Source: Neophaeotheca triangularis (Eukaryota). Taken from it: a stretch of DNA of 35,414 nt. Made by a program: the position numbers and the translations under genes. The stretch is taken from contig BAAIJX010000027.1 in the NCBI GenBank assembly GCA_054600435.1, positions 248,001-283,414 of the forward strand, in the 5' to 3' direction. The notes below the pieces were generated by a model. The model saw nothing but the letters and a program-made list of their open reading frames with translations. It did not search any database and was not told where the DNA came from. This document shows positions 1-10,185 of the stretch, one piece after another; positions within the stretch are counted from its first letter, which is position 1; each line of letters starts with the position of its first letter.

Positions 1-1394
1 AACATCGTCGCCCTTATTGCAACACTCCTAGTCCGACTTGTCGCTGGAACAGCTTGTGATATGTTCGGACCGAGATGGACTTTTGCAGGATGCTTGTTGA
101 TCGGAGCCATCCCTACTTTCCTGGCAGGCACAATCTACAACGCGAGTCAGCTCATGGCCTGTCGATTCTTCGTCGGCATTCTCGGCGGTAGCTTTGTGCC
201 GTGTCAAGTATGGAGCTCAGGCTTCTTCGGTACGCCTCAGCCTGACATGTCTCGATGTTTGTACGACCTACTGATGCTTTCATAGATAAAAACGTTGTAG
301 GGACCGCAAACGCTCTGACAGGCGGCTTCGGCAACGCAGGAGGCGGCGTCACCTACTTCGTCATGCCTGCCATCTTTCTCTCACTCGAAAGCATGGGTCA
401 CTCTCCTTCCGTTGCATGGCGTATTTCCTACATCGTACCTGGCATACTCATCGTCCTCGTCGCTATTGGGATGCTGCTCTTCGCCCCCGACTGTCCTTCA
501 GGGAAGTGGTCGACCCGCCTGGAAGCCGTCGAGGACAACCTGCGCGCCCACGGTGTCGAGAGCAAGATCGTACAAGTGCCCGGTCAGGTCACAGAGGAAG
601 GCAAGGAACAACCGTCCGGCACAGTATCTCCCTCTAGCTTTTCGGACGAGGAGAAAAAAGGAGGCACTGGGACCACCACACCCGACGATAGAACGGCATC
701 CATTGGCCAACAACTGTCCCTCGAGCAACAAGAAATGCTCAACACCGCCCGGGGCGAAGTAATCCGCAAGCCAAGCCTCAAAGACACGCTGGTCGTCTGC
801 CTCTCACCTCACACCATCGTGCTCGCAGCCGCATACTTCTGCTCCTTTGGCGGCGAGCTGGCGATCAATAGCATCCTCGGCAACTACATCTCCCAAAACC
901 TCGACCTCGACATCCAACAATCCGGCAACTACGCGGCAATGTTCGGCCTATTCAACGCCGTCTTCCGCCCCCTCGGCGGCTGGGCTTCCGATTTCATCTA
1001 CCAGAAAACGCACTCCCTGTGGGCGAAAAAGATGCTCTTACATGGCTATCTCGTCGCTTCGGCTGGCTTCCTCGTCGCCATCGGCTTGACCGACCCTCAC
1101 GACCTGGCCTCGCTCATCTGCCTCATCTGCATCGGCATGGCCTTTTTCCTCGAAGGCGCGAATGGTCTCACCTACGCCGTGGTGCCGCACGTGCACCCGC
1201 ACGCCAACGGCGTCGTCTCGGGGTTTGTGGGCGCCGCCGGCAATCTGGGAGGTATCGTGCTGGCTATCATCTTTAGATACAGTGGCAATGATTATGCGCA
1301 GGGTTTTTGGGTTTGGGGCATCATTTGCTTTGCGCTGCAGGTTGCTGTTTGCTGGATTAGACCCATTCCCAAGAGCCAAATTGGTGGGAGGTGA
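1..1394 (+). CDS. nrtA: High-affinity nitrate/nitrite transporter (MFS, NRT2/NNP family; NrtA/CrnA-like), 5'-truncated. Exons <1-229 and 286-1394
   Basis: Frame 1 reads [25 protein letters not shown]...[12 protein letters not shown]. Intron 230-285 (GTACGC...CTGAT...TAG) joins it to [21 protein letters not shown]. Both nitrate-signature motifs ([17 protein letters not shown]) and the two conserved Arg (LLVRL, VFRPLGG) are present, plus a large central hydrophilic loop. Confidence 0.93.
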
Positions 1395-1807
1395 GCGTCT
1401 TAGCGCAGGTGGAGTTTTTGGGATTCGTGGCGTGTGGGCGTGCTTTGGCGGTCTTTGCTTTTCAGTGATATCCACAGGTTATGTAGCTTTAACGAATGTG
1501 AACGTTGACATTGCTTAAGATGGAGAAGCTACACATGCGGGCACTGCTACAATTAAAAACGGTGGCGGCGTTTGCAACCTCTGGCGACATTACGACGGAG
1601 CATCTTATGCAAAGAGTAGGTAGCTTGTTGCAAAAAATATCGCGCACTTCGTGCCGTAGACGGGTATCTATGAAGTACAATTCGGCTCGAACCACAAAGC
1701 AAACTCCTCCACTGGTGTCTCAGCTGCCACTTCTCCTCGCCCACGGTAACTTATCCTCGCTTAGAAGTCGCTGCTCGCAGTCTGCATCCAATGCACGGCG
1801 TTCCTGC

Positions 1808-3518
1808 TCACGTACCTTCGAGCACATTAGTAAGTTGTCCATTGCTCGCCAGCGCCGCAAGCCACTCGTGAACAAACTCAGTGTAGTCCTCTCTCGCGAT
1901 CTCAGCCGACTTCTCCTCGTCCTCCCGCTTCACGACCAAGTCCCGAACCTCCGCCCTCAAACCTCGCTGCCGCTTCATCAATCCCTGGCGCATCTCCAGC
2001 AGGCCGAGCAAGTCGTCGGCGTGCTCCTTGAGCTGTGTGGCAAGGCCCATGGGCACCTCCATGGCCTCGAGGTCTTTGTCGGAGATCTCGTGCCGGGGGC
2101 AAGGCCCGGCCAGCGTCCCGTCCACTTCCTCCGTCCCCTCGCACTCCTTCCAGTCCTCTACCACCTCCCCTAGCCCACCCTCGACCGCAAGCAAGCCCTT
2201 GATGTTCTCGAGCAACTCCTCCCTGGCGCGGATCAGCGGATCGTGTACCACGGCCAGGCAGTTGAACTCGATGTTGCCCTCTGCGTACTGCAGCATGCGG
2301 GCCTGGAGCATGGGCGCGACCGTCTCCATCCAGGCGCCGGGAGCAAAAGCTCCCATGTCCATGGGATGGTGGTCTAGCCCGTCCAGCTGCCACACGCGGT
2401 CGCCGATGGGCATGTAGGCGATGAAATGGTACTTGGCTTCGGCGTCCTTGTCCTCGTCGCTGGCGTCCTTGGCCGGGCTGCCACCCCCTCGAGGCTTGCG
2501 CTTGCGCTCGGAGCGCCTTGGCGGTGTTGCTGCTGCTGCTTTCGGCTTTGCAGTGGCCGGGGGAGAGTAGTTGGAGGATGCTGCCGGGGAGGAGGGCAGG
2601 GGGTGCGGCTCAGCGGCCTCAATGCTCTGTTTTGGCTTCTTCGGAGCCTTTTCTTCGGTTTCTGCGCCATTCTCGGCGTCTCTGACCCTTTTGCCTAGGT
2701 TGTTAGGCTTGCTTTCTGCTGGCGAGGGAGCGGTGGTCGGCAGCGTGCGCTGGATGGGTGGCGCCGACGATGATGGTGGCGAAGGTTGCCCGGAGGCCTC
2801 TGGTGGTGTCTTCGGGGCTTGGGCTGCTTTTTTCGTGGCGGCGTTTTTGGCTCTGGTGGCCTTGGCCTTCTCCGCTGAGGCCTTCTTCTTCGCCTTGGCT
2901 GCCTTGTTCTTGATCTCGACGTCGGCTTCAAGCATGTCTTTCGCCGAAGCAAAGGAGTTGTGGATGCGCTTGACAAACGTGAAATTGTCTATGGCGTCGC
3001 CGCGGCTGTATGGGGACATGGACTGAGTAGCATCCTTGAAGCGCTTGAGCTCATCACCTATGGTAAGGCCGGGAACATTGTTGACGATGTTGAGCATCGC
3101 AACAGTGCCGCAATTCGAATCGCTGATTTGGTTGGCGAACCAGACATCCTCCGGACAGGACTTGCTGGCCTTGTCATCTTCCCCCTCAACGTATTGGAAG
3201 AGGAAGATGAGCGCGTGGACGGGCTGCGGTAGCATAGCGAGCATCACCTCATCAAGCGAGATGACCTCTGAGATTGTGACTCCCTGAACGCCCATTTCCT
3301 TGAGCATGATGTTGAAGAAGGCCTTGAAAGTGTCAGGTATGGACATGTGAGGTGAAGGAAGGGAGCAAGCTTACGGGATCCGATTCCAGCTCTACCCAGC
3401 CTGGCCAAGTAGCACGGTCAGGTGTAGCAGGCTTGGAGGAGGAAGCTGTCTTGCCATTGGTGCCGCTCGCAGAGGCAGTTCCGATTGCAACGACATTTTT
3501 TGAGGCTTTGGCGCACAT
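1808..3518 (-). CDS. Ubiquitin C-terminal hydrolase (peptidase C12, UCH37/BAP1-like), ~552 aa. Exons 3518-3375 and 3322-1808
   Basis: WVELESDP|AFFNIMLKEMGV joined across intron 3374-3323 (GTAAGC...CCTGAC...AAG). Catalytic motifs FANQISDSNCG, YHFIAY and WQLDGL are present. The C-terminus carries a ULD-like REDYTEFVHEWLAALASNGQL. The start ATG at 3518 is inferred. Confidence 0.88.
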
Positions 3519-4290
3519 GTCGCCTGAAGTCTTGAGAGACGTGTTGTCCGGTAACAGGTGTGATTGACGTTGCTGGAATGTGAGGATACTAAGAAGCTGG
3601 AAGAGCGGTCGTCGTCGGAACACAGAGAAGACGGGGTAGCAGAAGAAGAAAGGTCGAGGAAGAGACGAAGGGACGAAGAAGAAAAAGCGAAAGAGCTCAC
3701 GTGGTCAACAGTGAAGCGTAGAAAGTGAAGCTGAGACGACAATAGCTACCGGCCACCGGCTACAATACGCAACTGACAAGCCTTCTTTCTACTGCCAATC
3801 ACGTGGTGATGGTATCACGAGGTGCGAAAACGGTAGATCTCGTACAAGTGCTGCGGACATCCGTCTCGTATCGCATGCCGGGCTCGTTTGAAGCTGGCAA
3901 GATCTCGTGAGGTGGATTGAAGATGTCCCATAGCACAAATTCACAAAATGCACCTGCATAAAGCGGCTGAATTCCGGTAGACAGCGGCAGCTAGCATTTA
4001 GTCAAAGCTTGGCTTGAACCTCTACGCGAATCTTAAGGCGCGTCATGTTTGGTGAGAGGTGAAAGTCGAATTGTATGTTTTGGGTAGCAACAACACTCTC
4101 TGTCTCTCCGACTACCACCACCTCCGACCACACCCCAGGCCTCCCGCGGAACTGTTTGCACTCGTAATCTATCAAGAGATCGATTACGAAACAACAGGGT
4201 CCAGTTCAACAACATCCTGCGACCACAAAAGCTGTACAGGCTCGGCGCAGCCTCTATGAGGCGGTAGGGAGTTAAGAGAAGGGGGACACA

Positions 4291-7200
4291 ATGAACGGGA
4301 CACCGCGCATGCGCAGCGCTTTCCCAGCGAGTCCGGAAGCTTTCAGGGGCTCAGATCGATATGGCCGCTCGCCGCGATCCAGCAGAATGGGCCAGCAGGC
4401 AGTGCCCGACGTGCCAACCCTCAAACCTCAGGCCGCCAAATCGGACACGGATCCATGGATTCCCTTTTACATCATAGATGCACCGGCCCAGAGATTGTAT
4501 GCTGTTGCGATTTACACGGCCCTCATGAGCTACAAAGCATACGATTTTTTCGCCATTTCAGAAGCAGAGGAGGAGTCTTTTTGGTTGTTCATCAAGTGGA
4601 TAGCTTTGGACGGTATCTTTCTTTTCACGCTGCCTTCTTTCCGCATACCATGGCTAGAGTTATCTTCTGCTGTGGTATTCGCTCTCTTCATGGGCCACGC
4701 AGCTATGGATGCCATGCTCATGTTCAGAATTCCTCTGCCCCTTGGAGCTGTGTTCGCGGGCATGACGAAATCTCTCTATGGTATTCGAGAGATGGCACTG
4801 GATGAAGAGAGGGTGAATCCGAACCGAGTGTTGCACAACGATTCGTTGATCCTAGGGAGACAGATTATTCACATCCTGCCGGAGGGCTCAGCAGTCTTGA
4901 ACAAGGATAGGGATGCTTTCTGCCTGGGCGATGACAGAATAGAAGCAATGTTGCCTATCACAATCAACGCAACGAACCCGATCTCGATCGATATCATTAG
5001 GATTGACCTGGAGACTGAAGCCAATGAGACGATCAGCCTTGGAAAATCACAGATCAAGAGCATGCATAAAGCGGCCGCGCGCTATATTACATACAGCGAT
5101 AAGGAGAACGAACCAAAGACGCTTTATCATCCGGTGAAAAAGCCCGGGCTGTACGTTCTCGGCAAGGTCATGGACGAGACCAATCTGGAGGTTCGCCGCA
5201 AACAGTTCGCGCATACTGTGGTCGTGCCTTGTCCCAAAGCCGCCGTGAAACAACCGACGCCGAACAAATGCAAAGGCGATCTTTCGGACGTCGAGCTCGA
5301 AGTCACTGGCACGCCCCCTTTGCGGGTGAAATACCGCAAGACGGTCAACCAGGCCATGCACGAGTCCAGTTTTGAGAGCATTCAACCAGATGACTTCTCA
5401 TCCCCTCTGGGGAAGCATGACCAAGGTGCTCTGGTGGTTCCGAATAAGATTGACGTTGAGTGGGCACGACCTCAAACCATCCCGGTGCCGTTAGTGGAAA
5501 GTTTAGGCATTTCGGGCCGCTGGGCATACTCGATAGATGAGGTCAGAGACGGATTTGGTAATGTTGTTGACTACATGTCGAACAGCAACGAAGACCAGAA
5601 ACGCCATGCTTCGCAGCGTTTGCATCTGCAGCAAGTCATTCAGGTTCATGAACGTCCCACCGTCAACTTGGACGGACGCACGCCTCGGCCGCTTAAGATA
5701 GCCAAAGGCAGTTCTGCGAGCCTGCCCGTACAATACAGCTCCACTGGCAAAGGCGACCTTGGTGTAGCTTACCACATCGAGTTCGCCTTCACGCCACAAA
5801 GTGACCTGTCTGCGACAGGCGGCCAAAGCGCAAATCCCCAGCACAAGTCAATGACTGCCAAATCGCCCGAAGAGCGAGCCCAGATCAACGAACCGGGACT
5901 CTACTCGTTGACAAAAGTGTCATCTGACTACTGTGCTGGCGAAGTACTGGAACCGTCGTCTTTGCTGCTTCAGAATCCACCCGAGCCGGATCTTGCAATC
6001 TCTACAGAAGAGATCTTCGACAAATGTGCAGGCTCGCCAATTGGCTTGCGTGTAGACCTGGATCTTATTGGTACACCACCGTTCGAAGTGCGATATCGCA
6101 TGAAGGAACGCTCCACCCGGCACCATGTCGACGCTGTTGAACACGTCAAAGGAATGCGTGGCCAGCTAGAACTCACACCGAACGAAGCGGGACATTATAC
6201 TTACGAATTCTTGGATGTCAGCGACAGCGTCTATCGACAGCATTCGCTGCTCAGCAAGGATCTGCTCATCGAACAAGACGTCAAACCGTCTGCGCACGCT
6301 TTCTTCAAATCACGCCCGAATCGGCCTGCCTGCATCGACGACAAGATACAGGCAGAGATCGTGCTACAAGGCGAGGGTCCCTTCAGTATCGAATACGAAC
6401 TCGTCCACAATGGCAAGAGACAGAAGCGTCAAATCGATGATATCCACGACAAGGCCATCGCCATTGAAACGGACAACCTGAAGGATGGCGGTGATTACAC
6501 ACTCGCTTTGGTCAGTGTCACCGACAAGATGGGTTGCAAGGAATTTCTCAAAGAAGAGTACAAAGTCAGCGTCAAACATCAGAAGCCCAAGGTCGGATTC
6601 GGTCACATCGAAGGGCATCGTTCCGTCAACACTCTCGAAGGCAAAGATGTTCAGCTTCCGATCCGACTCGCTGGAGAGGCCCCGTGGACCGTCATGTACA
6701 TGGACAGCCAAGGTCACGAGCACTCGCTCACAGCCAACCGGCCGAACGATCTGATCAGGATATCTGAAGCGGGCACTTATCACCTGATAGGGCTTCGCGA
6801 CAGCATTTGTCCCGGCCAGGTGGACGAGCAAGCCAACAGGTTCGACGTCAGCTGGATTGCGCGCCCGGAACTACGTGTCTCGCCAAACGAAGTCGTCTCT
6901 CAAAAGGGCAATACCCTCATGATGCAAGACGTTTGTGAAGGTGAAGAAGACGCAGTCGAGGTGTTGTTCAAGGGTACGCCGCCATACCACTTGCAGTATG
7001 TGCAACAAGTGAAGCCTGAACACGGTGCGATCGCACCAAAGAACAAGGACCTCCGCGCTGCCCTGAACGCTGCTTCTCTCCGCCTGGACACGGCGCAAGC
7101 CGGGCTCTACGAATACAAGCTCAGCAAGCTCTCCGACGCAAACTATGCCCACAGCTCTACCCACTTCACACCAATGAGCATCCAACAGCGAGTCAATTCG

Positions 7201-8118
7201 AGGCCTTCGGCAGCTTTCACCCACCCCGGCAAGACCTATAGCTTCTGCTCTGCCGAAGCCTCCGGCGAAGGCGAAGAGAAAATCCCCATTACCCTCCACG
7301 GCACACCTCCCTTTGACCTTGAAGTCGAAGTCAAGCACCACGGCAGCGCTAAACCTGACATGATCACCGTCCCGTCAATCGCCTCACACAGCACAACCCT
7401 ACACTTGCCCCATCGCTCCCTCCACCAAGGCAAATCCGCCGTCTCCCTCCGCCGCGTCAGCGACGCCAAATCCTGCTCACGCCTCCTCGATTCCACCACA
7501 CCCCGCGTTCAAGTCTCGGTCCACGACGCTCCCACCATCACGCCCCTCGAAACAACCACCGACTACTGCGTCGGCGACCGCCTGAACTTCGCCCTCAGCG
7601 GTATCGCCCCCTTCACAGTCTACTACGACTTCAACGGCCACTCCCGCAAAGCGACCGCCTCTGGAACAACCTTCCGCCGTCTAGCGGAGAAACCCGGCAC
7701 TTTCACCATCACCGGTCTCACCGACAGCGCCAGCAATTGCAAAGCCCACGTCCACCTCACAAAGGAAATCCATGGCATGCCCTCGGCGCTCATCAGCAAG
7801 GGCCGCGACAGCTACGTCGACATCCACGAGGGCTCGCAAACGGAGATCCTCTTCGAATTCGGCGGCGTGCCGCCTTTTGAGTTCACCTGGACACGCTCGT
7901 CCAACGTCGATACCAAGAAGCGGGGCAAAGGGGTCAAGGCCGGCGAGGTTTTGGATATGCGTAGCGAGATTAGTGAGGAATACGCTATGAGTGTTGTGGC
8001 AAGTGAGGAGGGGACGTATGAGGTTGTTGCCATCAAGGATCGGTATTGCTCGTATTCGAAACCGGGGCATGAGTTTGGGGGGAAGGGGAAGGGGCAGAAG
8101 AGGCTGGGGTATGTGTGA
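4291..8118 (+). CDS. POM152: Nuclear pore membrane glycoprotein Pom152, 1275 aa, apparently intronless
   Basis: N-terminal IDAPAQRLY...PSFRIPWL transmembrane region and LGRQIIHILPEGSAVLN, followed by repeated Ig-like modules with GxPPF/GxxPW...G.Y.L..V.D..C signatures. Confidence 0.95.
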   Translation: MNGTPRMRSAFPASPEAFRGSDRYGRSPRSSRMGQQAVPDVPTLKPQAAKSDTDPWIPFYIIDAPAQRLYAVAIYTALMSYKAYDFFAISEAEEESFWLFIKWIALDGIFLFTLPSFRIPWLELSSAVVFALFMGHAAMDAMLMFRIPLPLGAVFAGMTKSLYGIREMALDEERVNPNRVLHNDSLILGRQIIHILPEGSAVLNKDRDAFCLGDDRIEAMLPITINATNPISIDIIRIDLETEANETISLGKSQIKSMHKAAARYITYSDKENEPKTLYHPVKKPGLYVLGKVMDETNLEVRRKQFAHTVVVPCPKAAVKQPTPNKCKGDLSDVELEVTGTPPLRVKYRKTVNQAMHESSFESIQPDDFSSPLGKHDQGALVVPNKIDVEWARPQTIPVPLVESLGISGRWAYSIDEVRDGFGNVVDYMSNSNEDQKRHASQRLHLQQVIQVHERPTVNLDGRTPRPLKIAKGSSASLPVQYSSTGKGDLGVAYHIEFAFTPQSDLSATGGQSANPQHKSMTAKSPEERAQINEPGLYSLTKVSSDYCAGEVLEPSSLLLQNPPEPDLAISTEEIFDKCAGSPIGLRVDLDLIGTPPFEVRYRMKERSTRHHVDAVEHVKGMRGQLELTPNEAGHYTYEFLDVSDSVYRQHSLLSKDLLIEQDVKPSAHAFFKSRPNRPACIDDKIQAEIVLQGEGPFSIEYELVHNGKRQKRQIDDIHDKAIAIETDNLKDGGDYTLALVSVTDKMGCKEFLKEEYKVSVKHQKPKVGFGHIEGHRSVNTLEGKDVQLPIRLAGEAPWTVMYMDSQGHEHSLTANRPNDLIRISEAGTYHLIGLRDSICPGQVDEQANRFDVSWIARPELRVSPNEVVSQKGNTLMMQDVCEGEEDAVEVLFKGTPPYHLQYVQQVKPEHGAIAPKNKDLRAALNAASLRLDTAQAGLYEYKLSKLSDANYAHSSTHFTPMSIQQRVNSRPSAAFTHPGKTYSFCSAEASGEGEEKIPITLHGTPPFDLEVEVKHHGSAKPDMITVPSIASHSTTLHLPHRSLHQGKSAVSLRRVSDAKSCSRLLDSTTPRVQVSVHDAPTITPLETTTDYCVGDRLNFALSGIAPFTVYYDFNGHSRKATASGTTFRRLAEKPGTFTITGLTDSASNCKAHVHLTKEIHGMPSALISKGRDSYVDIHEGSQTEILFEFGGVPPFEFTWTRSSNVDTKKRGKGVKAGEVLDMRSEISEEYAMSVVASEEGTYEVVAIKDRYCSYSKPGHEFGGKGKGQKRLGYV

Positions 8119-8342
8119 TGGGATGAGTAGTTTTGTAGAAATTGCTGTATGCTGGGAGATTGGGGTGTCTGCTTTATGGCGAAGGCGTTGGTGCGGTTGA
8201 AGTAGGATGGGAGGCATGTATTGTGCTTGTTTTTTCATAGTTGCGTGTAACAGCTCCTTACTGTCCGTTCCGATGTCATGGTGACCCATGCGGTAGCTAG
8301 GTCTTTTTTTTGGCTTAGTTCAACATAGGTGCCGACCTCTCA

Positions 8343-8756
8343 TCCTACCGGGGAATGACTATTCTGTATACTGCCGGTCTGTGCTACTGTGCTAATGTGC
8401 TATTGCAGCCTCTCGGCAACAACGATGCCTTTTTGCCTCTTAACAACCACTATGAGCACCCGTGTTGAGCTTGCCGACTCGCCTATAGCCATATTTGAGA
8501 GCTCGAGGACCGAGGAAACGAAACTTGCCAGGGACGTCTGTGGTCAAATATATCCCTTCGGGCACTTCGTTCTCCAGGCTGTAGCTAGTGTCCTCAGGTT
8601 CTACACTGCTGGCTAGTAGGAGGGAATTGGCCCCTTGTCTCAGCTGGATTGCAGGACCACACCAAGGTGCAGCAGCGTGGTATGTCCTCGGGGCGAAAAA
8701 AAGCACTGTAGCATGTACCGTTGGGATACTGAACAATCGCCTCCATGCCACTAGGA
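8343..8756 (+). ncRNA. Candidate structured RNA element of unknown family (ncRNA or structured 3' UTR)
   Basis: Hand-folded: 8356-8393 pairs without gaps to 8702-8739 (26 Watson-Crick, 5 G-U, 7 mismatches), with outer stem TCCTA/TAGGA and four internal hairpins. G-U usage mildly favours the + strand. There is no expression evidence. Confidence 0.45.
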
Positions 8757-8952
8757 CTGAAAACGCGAGACAGTATCCTGCAGCTGTTCTTTGAGCAATG
8801 CACGCCCTTTACCTACCTTGGTCACAGCATCGTGAGTGTGGAAAAGTCAAAAGACCTCCAAGTCCTATACACCACATGGGAAAGCCTCTGTATGCTACAA
8901 TGCAGCTGCCGAGGGCCACTCCGGCACCAACAGCCCTCCCCCCCCATTCCAC

Positions 8953-9839
8953 TCACCTCCCCTTCTTGACCCAATCCTCCAAAGTCTCCCTTACCCCCTT
9001 TACCTTCTCCTCTGCCACCGCAAGCCCCATCTGACTATGCGCCTTCCCCGTTTCCAAAAAGTGCCTGACCCCTTCCGTAGCCCGCAAATGATTATCCCTA
9101 ACCACCGGATACTTCTCCTCGTACTTCCAGACCAAGTTACCGACATTCTCCGTGGTGCGGGGCACGACATAATGGGCCGTCGTCACGCCCGTGGCGATGG
9201 GGGTAAGGAAGCGGAGCCCGAGGTTGCGGTTGCGGCTGAGGATGCTGCCGGCCATGGCGGCGACGAGCACGTAGATGCCGCCCGGGAGCAGTTTCTCGTT
9301 GCTTTCTTTGGGCGGGGCCAGCGAGGCGACGGTCGAGGTGAAGGAGTGCTCCAGGTTCATGACTTTGTCCATGCCCGTGTTCACGTCGTCTTCGGCCGCT
9401 GCGGCGTAGCTGTGGAGCGCGAGGCGGGTTTGCTTGATTTGCGCGGCTAGGCGGTCTGTGGGGGTTGGGCGGCGCGTGACGGGGACGGTTTCTTGGGGAG
9501 TTGAGGTTATGCCGGACGCGGGAGGGGGGGTGGTTGCGCTGATCTCGCGGACCGTGGGCTCTGGGGTTGCTTCGGGCGCTGGGGAGTAGATGGGTTTGCG
9601 CACGCGCTGCGAGGACAGGTCAGTATTGAGTTTGATTTGGGCACTTGGGGTTGGTGTGGTCTTACGAGCTCCCGGACGGGATCCTGGGTGGTTTCCGCGT
9701 AGGTCTTTCGCTGAGGCCAGAGCGCGAGGCCGGTCGTGAGGGCGGCCATGGGGATGGCGCACTACTTCAGGTTAGTACAAATCGTGGCCAATGGTGCTGT
9801 GGGAAGCCCTACCTGCCGTAGGAGAGGTGCTGAAGCCAT
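8953..9839 (-). CDS. MIC26: MICOS subunit Mic26/Mic27 (apolipoprotein O family), ~258 aa. Exons 9839-9813, 9761-9666 and 9606-8953
   Basis: MASAPLLRQ|CAIPMAALTTGLALW...YAE...EL|RVRKPIY, with introns GTAGGG..TACTAAC..TAG and GTAAGA..CTGAC..CAG. ApoO core: PTDRLAAQI...LEHSFTSTVASLAP...LLPGGIYVLVAAMAGSILSRNR...PRTTENVGNLVWKYE. Confidence 0.9.
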
Positions 9840-10185
9840 GGTGAGAGTTGTGCGTACTCAATGCAACAAGGTGTTTCCCCGTCTTGAAGCTCGAAAAGTT
9901 GACGGAAGTTGGCGATGGGCGGCATAACGGCATAAAGCGTGGTCTGTGCTGTACATAACAGCCTGAGTGGCATACATAAAGTACCATCGACGGAGACTTG
10001 GATTTAATTCACCAGGGACCTGGCAGTAAAGTCATGAGATTCGACTACAGCTTAGACGATAGTTGAAGTCCATTAATCGCTTTGCCCGAATGAGCATGAC
10101 ACACCATTGGGCGAGGGTTTGACTCTGATCTCTATGCCATATATGCGACAGCTGTAGGAAGTTACGACTAGGAATAAGACCACTC

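Noticed and set aside
8303..8323. TTTTGGCTTAGTTCAA resembling the U2 snRNA 5' region or a Pol III A-box
   Set aside because: The U2 branch-pairing GTGTAGTA does not follow, and there is no convincing B-box or tRNA cloverleaf.
8630..8694. TPP-riboswitch-like GCCCC...CTGAGA...GGGGC on the minus strand
   Set aside because: The downstream P4/P5 consensus (TGATC..GGATAATACC..GCG) is absent.
8440..8751. 103-codon minus-strand ORF, and other short ORFs, in the POM152-MIC26 interval
   Set aside because: No recognisable domain or coding-type bias. The long-range base pairing explains the region better.
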